In this document: one piece after another, positions 30,775-39,345 of the stretch
How the letters are laid out: each line of letters starts with the position of its first letter
Numbering within the stretch: position 1 is the stretch's first letter
Assembly: GCA_017398355.1 (NCBI GenBank)
Contig: JAFQGD010000002.1
Coordinates: forward strand, 6,926-70,925
Reading direction: 5' to 3'
Length of the DNA stretch: 64,000 nt
From: Akkermansia sp.
Lineage (GTDB): Bacteria; Verrucomicrobiota; Verrucomicrobiia; Verrucomicrobiales; Akkermansiaceae
The notes under the pieces: model-generated
Database searches by the model: none
What the model saw: only the letters and a program-made list of their open reading frames with translations
Told to the model about the DNA's origin: nothing
Made by a program: the position numbers and the translations under genes

Positions 30775-30776
30775 TT

Positions 30777-32531
30777 TTACATCCTGTCTGGCATATCGAT
30801 ACCGAAGAGTCCCATGCCGTGCTTCAGGACACGGGCTGTCAATTCGCAGAGCGCGAGTCGGCTTTCTCGCACTTCTCCTTCGCTACGCAAGACGGGGCAT
30901 GCTTCGTAGAAACTATGGAAAGCACGGGCCAAATCGTAGAGATAAGCAGCTAAGAGGTTGGGTCGGCAATCGTCTAGGGTTGAGGGTACAACCTCGCCAT
31001 ATCTCACGAGCATGCGTGCCAAATGAATCTCGGCATCGGCTTCAAGATGGATGTTTTCCGGGGCAGAGAAGGGGGTCTCTATCTTACGGAAAATAGAACG
31101 CACGCGAACGTAGGAGTTCTGAAGGTAGGGGGCTGTGTCACCGGTGAGGGCAAGCATTTTATCCCAGTCGAAGATGTAGTCACTCATGCGGTTTTGGGAC
31201 AATTCTGCGAACTTGATTGCACCGATACCGACCATTTGTGCGACCTCAGCTTTTTGATCAGCCGGCATGTCAGGACTCTTCTCTTCAATGACCTTTGTAG
31301 CACGCGTAACTGCTTCATCTATAACGTCTTGCAAGCTTACAGTGTCTCCGGAACGCGTTTTGAAGGGCTTGCGATCTTTCCCGAGGATAGAACCGAATGC
31401 TACGTGGCGGAAATCGCCTGTCACACCGCGCATACGTTCGATGTCGAATATCTGCTTGAAGTGCTTATCTTGTGGAGCGCCTACTACATACCAGATAGAA
31501 TCGGCGTTGAAATTTTGTGTGCGGTAATCAAGAGTAGCCAAGTCAGTTGTGGCGTAGAGGAAACCACCATCCGCCTTGCGGATGATGGCAGGGACGGGTA
31601 ACCATTCTCCATTTTTTTGCACGAGGAAGGGGTCATTCTGTGGCTTATGGAAACCATCGGAGAAGACACAAATAGCGCCGTCACTTTCTCGGGCAATACC
31701 CTTGGCGATGAGGTCTTCGACAAGCGGAGCGAGAGCATCATTATATGCACTTTCGCCCAGCCAGTAGTCAAAGCTGATGTTAAGTTGGCTGTAAATCTTC
31801 TCAAGACCAATCTTGGTAACGGCGATACATTTCTTCCAAATTTCCAAGTTCTCCGTATCACCGCTTTGCAGTTTCACCAACTCAGCTTTACAGGTTTCCA
31901 AGAGCCCTTCTTCTTCCTTGCATTTTGTGTTCACTTCCTTATACACAGAGAGCAGGGCTTCGATTGGGTCTTTATCAAGGTCTTCTTGGTTGAGGATATT
32001 TTTCCAACCCCAGAGAATCATGCCGAATTGGGTACCCCAGTCACCGATGTGGTTATCTGTAATGACTGTGTGTCCCATAAATCGAGCTAAGCGCCCGAGT
32101 GTATCACCAATGATGGTAGAACGAATATGCCCCACGTGCATGGGCTTGGCCACATTGGGGGCAGAGAAGTCGATGACGAGCGTTTTCGGTTGTTCTACAA
32201 GCGCCACACCTAAGCGTTCATCGTGGAGCATGGCGGCCGTATTAGCTGCAAAGTACTCCGGGCGTACACGGAAATTGATAAATCCGGGACCGGCAATTTC
32301 CAAGCTTGCAATGGGCGAATCTCCGAACTGTTCCACTACTTGTGTTGCCAGCTGACGCGGATTGGTGCGGGCTTGCTTAGCGAGCATCATAGCCGCGTTG
32401 CTTTGATAGTCACCAAAACGTAAATCTTGTGATGGCGTAACGGCCGGGCTAAAGCCTTCCGGGAGAGCATCACCCAGAATTTGCTTCAGCACAGAGGCAA
32501 GTTTTTGGGAAAGTTGTGTAGGAATTGTCAT
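30777..32531 (-). CDS. argS: Arginyl-tRNA synthetase
   Basis: GDYQSN, GPGFINF, DFSAPNVAKPMHVGHIRSTIIGD, HIGDWGTQFG and TGDTAPYLQ. Start moved to 32531, downstream of a TTGACA-17-TATATA promoter (32569-32541). Confidence 0.97.
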   Translation of the reverse strand: MTIPTQLSQKLASVLKQILGDALPEGFSPAVTPSQDLRFGDYQSNAAMMLAKQARTNPRQLATQVVEQFGDSPIASLEIAGPGFINFRVRPEYFAANTAAMLHDERLGVALVEQPKTLVIDFSAPNVAKPMHVGHIRSTIIGDTLGRLARFMGHTVITDNHIGDWGTQFGMILWGWKNILNQEDLDKDPIEALLSVYKEVNTKCKEEEGLLETCKAELVKLQSGDTENLEIWKKCIAVTKIGLEKIYSQLNISFDYWLGESAYNDALAPLVEDLIAKGIARESDGAICVFSDGFHKPQNDPFLVQKNGEWLPVPAIIRKADGGFLYATTDLATLDYRTQNFNADSIWYVVGAPQDKHFKQIFDIERMRGVTGDFRHVAFGSILGKDRKPFKTRSGDTVSLQDVIDEAVTRATKVIEEKSPDMPADQKAEVAQMVGIGAIKFAELSQNRMSDYIFDWDKMLALTGDTAPYLQNSYVRVRSIFRKIETPFSAPENIHLEADAEIHLARMLVRYGEVVPSTLDDCRPNLLAAYLYDLARAFHSFYEACPVLRSEGEVRESRLALCELTARVLKHGMGLFGIDMPDRM

Positions 32532-32590
32532 CTCGCGCGTTATATACACCTTCATAAGTGTTTTGTCAATCTCTACGCACGTCTGTATAT

Positions 32591-32606
32591 TGTTCCACAT
32601 GGAACA
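32591..32606. promoter_or_regulatory. parS-like site 4
   Basis: TGTTCCACATGGAACA, intergenic between two divergent promoters. Confidence 0.85.
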
Positions 32607-32636
32607 AAAGTTATCGTGTAGTCACGTCTAAAAAGC

Positions 32637-32665
32637 TTGCTGTATAGGGAAATTTATGCTATATA
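32637..32665 (+). promoter_or_regulatory. sigma70 promoter with no downstream plus-strand ORF
   Basis: TTGCTG-17-TATATA with an extended -10 TG. It points into a 150-nt non-coding stretch that ends at a convergent gene. Confidence 0.6.
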
Positions 32666-32668
32666 AGA

Positions 32669-32812
32669 CTCGCTGCTGCGTTCGTGACGCGTGGTTCTAC
32701 AGGCCCGGACCGATGTAATATAATAAGGGGCACAAAAGCCAAGGGAGTTAATGTTCCGTCCAGATGGATACCTCAGAGAACCCCGGCTCCGCACCCACCT
32801 AGCTAACGGGAA
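32669..32812 (+). ncRNA. Putative structured small RNA, 6S RNA-like
   Basis: It has its own promoter and no ORF. The 5' end CTCG..GCT can pair with the 3' AGCTAACGGG; GGTTCT (32693-32698) pairs with AGAACC (32777-32782); inner GGAC/GTCC. This gives a long imperfect rod with internal bubbles. The family call is inference. Confidence 0.5.
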
Positions 32813-32820
32813 CGTGGCTC

Positions 32821-33336
32821 TCATACCACTGACGGCGCAGCGGCTTCTTTATTTGTCCAGATAATGGAGTAGTGTGAATCGAAGGGGCGTACACTTTCGG
32901 GGAAGCGGTTAGCATAATCCAAAAGGGAAGGGAGAAGTTCACCGGTGGCATAGCTGACTAATTTTTGCCAGGTATCCTGATGAAGCAGGGCAGGGCAATC
33001 TTTGTAGCAGGCGATACAGAGTTCGTGCCGGTCATTTTTCATGAGGCGAATAGGCCAGACTCTGCATTCAAAGGGGCGTTGTTCACGAGGAAGGGAGCAA
33101 CCTTTTGCGGGGTCGAGAAGGGGGCAATTGCAGGTATCTTCCGGGTTATGGGATAAGAAGTGCAGAGCGAAGCTTTGTGAGCCATTTAGGCGGGTAGTGA
33201 GTTGTATTTTTTGCTCGGCCAGTTGAGCAGCCAGGGGAGGCTCAAGAAAAGGTGTTTCCCAAGCAGACCGTTGGCAAAAATTACAACACAGTCGGCATTG
33301 GGCACAAGTCGAGGGACTGAAGATGTGGGTCAACAT
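32821..33336 (-). CDS. YkgJ-family cysteine-cluster (CxxCxxCC) protein
   Basis: CAQCRLCC ... CPLLD..KGCSL....RPFECRVWP. Confidence 0.8.
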   Translation of the reverse strand: MLTHIFSPSTCAQCRLCCNFCQRSAWETPFLEPPLAAQLAEQKIQLTTRLNGSQSFALHFLSHNPEDTCNCPLLDPAKGCSLPREQRPFECRVWPIRLMKNDRHELCIACYKDCPALLHQDTWQKLVSYATGELLPSLLDYANRFPESVRPFDSHYSIIWTNKEAAAPSVV

Positions 33337-34232
33337 AAAGAGATGCGTGGTATGGCATTTAATTTGCGAAGAAGCAGGGCAGGGCGGTAGGATAGCTTAG
33401 CTTGCCGCAAGCCGGGTTGGTTTAAATCCTCTTCACGGTTGATGAAGGTACAGGCAAGGGAGAGAGCCATCTCGCGGTTGATGATGGGGTAGGCATCTCT
33501 ATATTCGGGCAGGCATTTTTCGTAATGAACATCGGCCGTATCCTGGGAGATAAAAGAAGCAAGTGTCATCGCAACGGGTGTGTCATCTACATAGAGCACA
33601 CCACCCATCAGGGAGAGTTCGCGGAAGTTACCCAGCGCGGAGCAAATGGCTTTTTGTTCATGCAAAAGGGAAGGGGAGTCATCTAGCCGCGCGGCATACC
33701 ATTGTTTTGCTACGGTGAAGGCATCACCTATATTTGCATCTACCAATGGTAAAAAGCTCCATTGCGGGAACCGGCGAGAGAAGCGAGCGATATGGTTGCG
33801 TTTTTTATGAAAAGCAGTGCCGGGCAATTCTGCCAAATCTGTGCGGCGGTAAATATAGTCAGCATCTCCGGGGTCTGTTGTGAAATCGTATAGATTGGGG
33901 CGGAGCTGTTGCAGCAAGGCCGCATCCGTTTCGGTAAGTAAGCAGAATCGACAGGGACGCTGGCGCGCGGTGGCATCTGCCTCTATTTGCCTGAGTGCCC
34001 ACTCCGTATCACCCATGCCACAGGGAAAGGCGTAGCCTTGGAATCGTCCCTGACCCCCATAATGGCGGAATAAAAAATCCCTTTGAATGGCCACTTGTGT
34101 CTTGTATTTTTCTTGCAGCAAATAAAGATTGGCAAAAGCTAAATCATTACCCATACCATGTGCAGCGGCAACCAAGGAAGAGATGGTGGGTGCGTCATCC
34201 AAGACGGGAGCATAAAAAGGAAGAGCGTGCAT
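33330..34232 (-). CDS. DUF2156 / phosphatidylglycerol-lysyltransferase C-terminal-like GNAT protein
   Basis: FANLYL, DYIYRRTDLAELPGTAFHKKRNHIARF, VHYEKC and INREEDLNQPGLRQAKLSYRP. Confidence 0.85.
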   Translation of the reverse strand: MHALPFYAPVLDDAPTISSLVAAAHGMGNDLAFANLYLLQEKYKTQVAIQRDFLFRHYGGQGRFQGYAFPCGMGDTEWALRQIEADATARQRPCRFCLLTETDAALLQQLRPNLYDFTTDPGDADYIYRRTDLAELPGTAFHKKRNHIARFSRRFPQWSFLPLVDANIGDAFTVAKQWYAARLDDSPSLLHEQKAICSALGNFRELSLMGGVLYVDDTPVAMTLASFISQDTADVHYEKCLPEYRDAYPIINREMALSLACTFINREEDLNQPGLRQAKLSYRPALLLRKLNAIPRISLC

Positions 34233-34245
34233 GGTAGGGGGAGAG

Positions 34246-34956
34246 TTAATCTTGCAAGTTCCAGCCGTGTTCCCCGTGGTATATCATTTGGCGGGTCATG
34301 CCGCCATCTATGCAGATGTTTTCACCGGTAATGAATCCGGCCTTATCGGAGCAGAGGAAAAGCACCATGTGGGCGATGTCTTCCGGTACACCCACTCGGC
34401 CGGCCGGATGTTGTGTAGCGTCCGGTCCTTCGTATGATGTACCTCGCGTTTCAATCCACCCGGGGGAGATGGAGTTTACGCGAACGCGCCCTGCCAAGGA
34501 GACAGCCAAGGCATGAGTAAGGGCAGCAATGCCGCCTTTGGCCGCAGCGTAGCATTCTGTACCGGGCATACTCATCCTATCCCGACTGGATGATATATTG
34601 ACGATAGCAGCTCCGGGAGCAAAGTGATTCATGAAAAGTTTTGCCAGCATGTAAGGTGCAGTCACCCCTACTTGCAATGCATAGTTAAACTCTTCCCAGG
34701 TACAATCGGGAAGTCCTTTGAAAAGCGGAGCAGCATTATTGATGATAAAGTCCACCTTACCAAATTTTGCCAACACTTGTTCAGCAAAAGTACGCAAATC
34801 ACCTTCGCAAGCCAAGTTCCCCACAAATCCGGGATTATCCTGCACGTCAAAAATGCACACATTGGCTCCTGCAGCGTGGAATTGCTCTGCTATGCATTTG
34901 CCTATTCCCTGTGCAGCTCCGGTGATGATGGCTACTTTTCCTTTAAAATCCAGCAT
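34246..34956 (-). CDS. Short-chain dehydrogenase/reductase
   Basis: TGAAQGIG, NNAA, NISS, YAAAKGG and RVNSISPGWI. Confidence 0.92.
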   Translation of the reverse strand: MLDFKGKVAIITGAAQGIGKCIAEQFHAAGANVCIFDVQDNPGFVGNLACEGDLRTFAEQVLAKFGKVDFIINNAAPLFKGLPDCTWEEFNYALQVGVTAPYMLAKLFMNHFAPGAAIVNISSSRDRMSMPGTECYAAAKGGIAALTHALAVSLAGRVRVNSISPGWIETRGTSYEGPDATQHPAGRVGVPEDIAHMVLFLCSDKAGFITGENICIDGGMTRQMIYHGEHGWNLQD

Positions 34957-34992
34957 GAGCTTATCTTAACGGTGGGCAGCGTTTTTGTCAAT

Positions 34993-36495
34993 CTACTTGC
35001 GCGCGGCTTTCGTTTGTCTCACTATAGTGTACATAGCTCGCGCCAAGGAAGCTTTATCACTCAGCGGTACATCAGTATCGTATGCCCATATCATCACACC
35101 GCCAAATTTCTCTTTTTTCATCCAACGGCATTTTTCGCGTATCAAATCCGGTCCGTTAAAACTATGTACAGGGCCAATTGAGCCATCCTTATTTTTGGAG
35201 ATACACTCATTCACATTCGGCTTGAGTCTCGGATACCAGCTGCGTATTTGAGAGTAGCCGAATTGTTGTGTCAGTTTGCCCTTTTCATTGCTGTAAAAGG
35301 GCAGGCCTATGACAATGCGCTGGCGCGGCATCTTAAAATCATTGAGGCATTTATTTGCATCATTTTGGAATCGCCACATAGAGGAATGCTCAGCAGCCAG
35401 GTCATCGTAAGACATGGTCATAATGAAATCCAGCTGGTCTGTCACATAAATGATGGGGATTTTGTAGGTCACGGATGCCGCAAGGCTGATAGAAAGATCT
35501 GAGCCCGCCAATTCTTCTCGCAATTCTGCCAGAAACAGGCCGAAGTTTTGCCATTGTTCCGGTGTGTCGGGGTATTCCCAGTCAATATCAATGCCGTTAT
35601 ACCCTCGTTTAATGGCCCAGCGGGCCATATTGCGTGCAAGCATCCGGCGGGTATCGGGTTGAGCTACAGCGGCGGTCATGGGTTCATCCATGTGGCCGAA
35701 CCCGGCAATCAACCGTGCTTTGCCCTTGCTTTCTTTGCGCAAGCGTTTGATTTCTTGTAAGGCTTCATCTACCACTTGCGTAGCATCTGCCCCTTCTCCT
35801 ACCCATTGCAACCCCACTTCACCATCCGCTGTCACGGTGTAGGCAAAGTGAATCAAATCCGTCAGGAGTTCAAAATGCTGTGGCGTAAGGTGTACGGCCT
35901 TGGGGGCATTGCCCCAACCTTTGACCCAGCGTGGTCGGTAATACGGCACCACTCGGTGTGCAAAGGGGTACACACGCGCATATGTTTCGTTTTCCAGTGC
36001 TTCGCATTCCACCAACTCGGGAGAAATAGTTCCGCTTTCGGTTTGAATGCTGATACACTCGGCATCTATGATGTTGTTGGGAGCCGCGCTGCCGGCAAGA
36101 TCATAGACGAGCCAAAAATGATTCACTCCTTCCTGCAACTTGATTTTGCGTTTAAAGGTAAACTCCGGTTGCAGTGTTTTGACTTGGCCCAGCTCAGTGG
36201 CTCGGTTGTTTTCATCCCTCGCGTGGGGAGCAAACCCCGGATTGCTCCCCGAGGTGTACAACCTGGCTGCACGTATATCAGATATTTTCTTTGTTTGTCC
36301 GGTGGAGAAATGAAAAGCATGGATAGATTCCCCGGTGGTAGCGTACACCTTCACTTGCAGCAAGGCTTGGCGAGGCAATCCGCGGTAAAAGACATTGTGC
36401 GTGCGGCGTATTTCAGCCGTAGCGCCGCATGCAGAGCCAAGGCTCACGAAAAGGCCCAAGGAGAGAGAAAGTACAGAAGACAGGCGCCACAGCAT
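34993..36495 (-). CDS. Exported GH18 glycoside hydrolase (chitinase/endo-beta-N-acetylglucosaminidase-like) with a sialidase-associated N-terminal beta domain
   Basis: Signal peptide; LQEGVNHFWLVYDL...IDAECISI (BNR_assoc_N-like); catalytic GYNGIDIDWEYP; MSYD; GGVMIWAYDTD. Confidence 0.88.
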   Translation of the reverse strand: MLWRLSSVLSLSLGLFVSLGSACGATAEIRRTHNVFYRGLPRQALLQVKVYATTGESIHAFHFSTGQTKKISDIRAARLYTSGSNPGFAPHARDENNRATELGQVKTLQPEFTFKRKIKLQEGVNHFWLVYDLAGSAAPNNIIDAECISIQTESGTISPELVECEALENETYARVYPFAHRVVPYYRPRWVKGWGNAPKAVHLTPQHFELLTDLIHFAYTVTADGEVGLQWVGEGADATQVVDEALQEIKRLRKESKGKARLIAGFGHMDEPMTAAVAQPDTRRMLARNMARWAIKRGYNGIDIDWEYPDTPEQWQNFGLFLAELREELAGSDLSISLAASVTYKIPIIYVTDQLDFIMTMSYDDLAAEHSSMWRFQNDANKCLNDFKMPRQRIVIGLPFYSNEKGKLTQQFGYSQIRSWYPRLKPNVNECISKNKDGSIGPVHSFNGPDLIREKCRWMKKEKFGGVMIWAYDTDVPLSDKASLARAMYTIVRQTKAARK

Positions 36496-36577
36496 ACTCA
36501 CATCGTACCACAGCATGCGCATTTGTCAAACCTTCTTCTGCTTGACATTCGCGTAGCGGGCGCGTATGATAGCGCGC

Positions 36578-37987
36578 ATGAACAGTGCAGACTACCGCGT
36601 GGCGGATATGTCTCTGAGCGATTGGGGACGCAAGGAAATTGAAGTATCCGAATTTGAAATGCCGGGCCTGATGGCATGTCGGGAGAAATACGGTCCTGAG
36701 CAGCCCTTGGACGGGGTGCGTATCACCGGTTCTTTGCACATGACCATTCAGACGGCCATTCTCATCGAGACACTCGTAGCATTGGGTGCAGAAGTACGCT
36801 GGGCCAGCTGCAATATCTTTTCCACCCAAGACCACGCCGCCGCCGCCATTGCTGCTGCCGGAGTGCCCGTGTTTGCTTGGAAAGGTGAGACCCTGGAGGA
36901 ATACTGGGAATGCACCTGGCAGGCGCTTAGTCACAAGGGAGGGCAGGGGCCCCAGCTCATTGTGGATGATGGTGGTGATGCCACCTTGTTGCTGCACAAG
37001 GGCTATGAAATGGAGAATGGGGATGACTGGGTGAACACCCCATCTGTCAGCGAGGAAGAAGCTGTCATCAAGAATCTGCTCAAGCGCATTTCTGCGGAGC
37101 AACCGGGCATTTTCCATAAGTGGGTGCCGGAGATTATGGGCGTGTCCGAAGAGACCACCACGGGTGTACACCGCCTCTACCAGATGGAGCGCGAAGGCCG
37201 CCTCCTCTTCCCGGCTATCAATGTGAACGACTCCGTGACCAAGAGCAAGTTCGACAACCTGTACGGCTGCCGCGAAAGCCTGACGGACGGCATCAAGCGC
37301 GCCACAGATGTGATGATTGCCGGCAAGGTTGCCGTCATCTGCGGTTATGGAGATGTGGGCAAAGGATGCGCCCAAGCCTTGCGCGGGTTGGGTGCCCAAG
37401 TGATTGTGACGGAGGCCGACCCCATCTGCGCTCTGCAAGCAGCCATGGAAGGTTACCGCGTGCTTACCGTGGAAGACACCTTGGGCATGGCAGATATCTA
37501 TGTGACCTGCACGGGCAACTGCGACATCATCACCCTGGAACACATGGAGCAGATGAAGGACCAGGCCATCGTGTGCAACATCGGCCATTTCGACAACGAG
37601 ATTCAGGTAGCCCGCTTGCAAGCCCGCGAGGGGATTGTGTGCACCAACATCAAACCGCAGGTGGATAAATACACCTTCCCGGATGGCCATAGCCTCTACC
37701 TGCTGGCAGAGGGACGCTTGGTGAACTTGGGTTGCGCCACAGGGCATGCCTCCTTTGTGATGAGCAACAGCTTCACCAACCAAGTGCTTGCCCAGATTGC
37801 CCTGTGGAAAGAGCGTGCGACTGCCCGCCCGGGCGTGAAAGTACTGCCCAAGATTCTGGATGAAGAAGTGGCGCGCCTGCACCTGGCAAAACTCGGTGTG
37901 CGACTCACCACCCTCACCCAAAAACAGGCAGACTACATAGGCGTGCCCGTAGCAGGTCCCTACAAGACGGATGCCTACCGCTACTAA
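36578..37987 (+). CDS. ahcY: Adenosylhomocysteinase (SAH hydrolase)
   Basis: [52 protein letters not shown] and [12 protein letters not shown]. Start fixed by TTGACA-17-TATGAT-7-ATG. Confidence 0.97.
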   Translation: MNSADYRVADMSLSDWGRKEIEVSEFEMPGLMACREKYGPEQPLDGVRITGSLHMTIQTAILIETLVALGAEVRWASCNIFSTQDHAAAAIAAAGVPVFAWKGETLEEYWECTWQALSHKGGQGPQLIVDDGGDATLLLHKGYEMENGDDWVNTPSVSEEEAVIKNLLKRISAEQPGIFHKWVPEIMGVSEETTTGVHRLYQMEREGRLLFPAINVNDSVTKSKFDNLYGCRESLTDGIKRATDVMIAGKVAVICGYGDVGKGCAQALRGLGAQVIVTEADPICALQAAMEGYRVLTVEDTLGMADIYVTCTGNCDIITLEHMEQMKDQAIVCNIGHFDNEIQVARLQAREGIVCTNIKPQVDKYTFPDGHSLYLLAEGRLVNLGCATGHASFVMSNSFTNQVLAQIALWKERATARPGVKVLPKILDEEVARLHLAKLGVRLTTLTQKQADYIGVPVAGPYKTDAYRY

Positions 37988-38004
37988 ACCCCCTTTTCGC
38001 ATCT

Positions 38005-39225
38005 ATGGCAGATACCTCGCTGGCGCAAGAGCTCACTTGGCTGTATTCCACCCAAACCTTTGGCATTAAGCTGGGTTTGGAAGGCATCACCCGTTTGCTC
38101 AAAACCTGCGGGGTATACTACCCCAAGGCGCGTGTGATACACGTGGCCGGCACCAACGGCAAGGGCTCCACCTGCGCTTTTGCGGAATCGGTGGCTCGCG
38201 CAGCGGGATACAGCACGGGGCTCTTCACCTCCCCGCACCTAGTGGAGTTCGGCGAGCGCATTCGCGTGAATGGTCGCAACATACCCGCCGAAGATGCCGC
38301 GCGGCTTATCGCGCAGGTGCGCACCACCATTGCCGATTGGGAGACTCCGCCCACCTTCTTTGAAATCGTGTTGGTGGTGGCTATGCTGTATTTTGCCGAG
38401 CAGCAGGTGGATATCATCATCTTGGAAACCGGTATGGGTGGTCGCTTGGATGCCACCAACGCCGTACCCAAAGATGTTGCCGTCATCACCCCCATTGATA
38501 TTGACCACACCCAGTACCTGGGGAATACCCTCTCTGAAATTGCCGGTGAAAAAGCCGCCATCATTGCTTGGCACCGCCCGGCGGTGATTGCCCCCCAGCT
38601 GCCGGAGGCCCTCCGCGCCATCCATGAGGCAGCAGCGGCCATGGATACAGATTACCGCATCATCACCGAGGAGTGCGAATACCCGCTTGGCTTGCGCGGC
38701 AGCTACCAGCGCCGCAATGCCGCCTTGGCTCTGGCTGCCCTCCGTGCGCTGCCGCATTTCCTTTGCTCCGAGGCAGAATTAGCCAAGGGCTTGGCAGAAG
38801 TGCGCTGGCCCGGCCGCTTCGAGGAGCTTGCCCCCGGCGTTATCATGGATGGCGCCCACAATCCGCAGGCTATCCGTGTGCTCGTGCAAACCTGGCAGGC
38901 TCAATTCCCCGGTCAAAAAGCCCGCTGCATCTACGCCGGCTCGGCCGATAAAGCGCTGGATGAAGTTATCTCCCTCCTTTCCCCCATTGTGAGCGAGTGG
39001 GTGCTGCCACCCGTCAACTCCCCCCGCATCTTGCCACCGCCGGAAATGGCTGCCAAAATCCGCAGCCTTTGCCCGGGTATTCCCCTTACTCTCCCGACCA
39101 CGCTGGCAGAGGTACTCCCTTTTACCGCACCCGGCGTGCCCACGCTCATTTGCGGCTCCTTCTTCCTACTGGGGGAGGCCAAGGCGCACATGACGGAAGC
39201 CGTCTATCATCCCACGACTCAATAA
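38005..39225 (+). CDS. folC: Folylpolyglutamate synthase/dihydrofolate synthase
   Basis: HVAGTNGKGS, GLFTSPHL, ETGMGGRLDATN, IAGEKAAI, WPGRFE, DGAHNP and CGSFFL. Confidence 0.95.
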   Translation: MADTSLAQELTWLYSTQTFGIKLGLEGITRLLKTCGVYYPKARVIHVAGTNGKGSTCAFAESVARAAGYSTGLFTSPHLVEFGERIRVNGRNIPAEDAARLIAQVRTTIADWETPPTFFEIVLVVAMLYFAEQQVDIIILETGMGGRLDATNAVPKDVAVITPIDIDHTQYLGNTLSEIAGEKAAIIAWHRPAVIAPQLPEALRAIHEAAAAMDTDYRIITEECEYPLGLRGSYQRRNAALALAALRALPHFLCSEAELAKGLAEVRWPGRFEELAPGVIMDGAHNPQAIRVLVQTWQAQFPGQKARCIYAGSADKALDEVISLLSPIVSEWVLPPVNSPRILPPPEMAAKIRSLCPGIPLTLPTTLAEVLPFTAPGVPTLICGSFFLLGEAKAHMTEAVYHPTTQ

Positions 39226-39345
39226 TTTTCGCAAGCCGCGTTCTTAGGGAGAAGCGTATTCTGCAACACAAAAAACGTTTCTGAACTCACCTGTTGCATT
39301 TTTAGGATTGAACTAACTGCTACAGATGATATAATGTGCTCCGTT

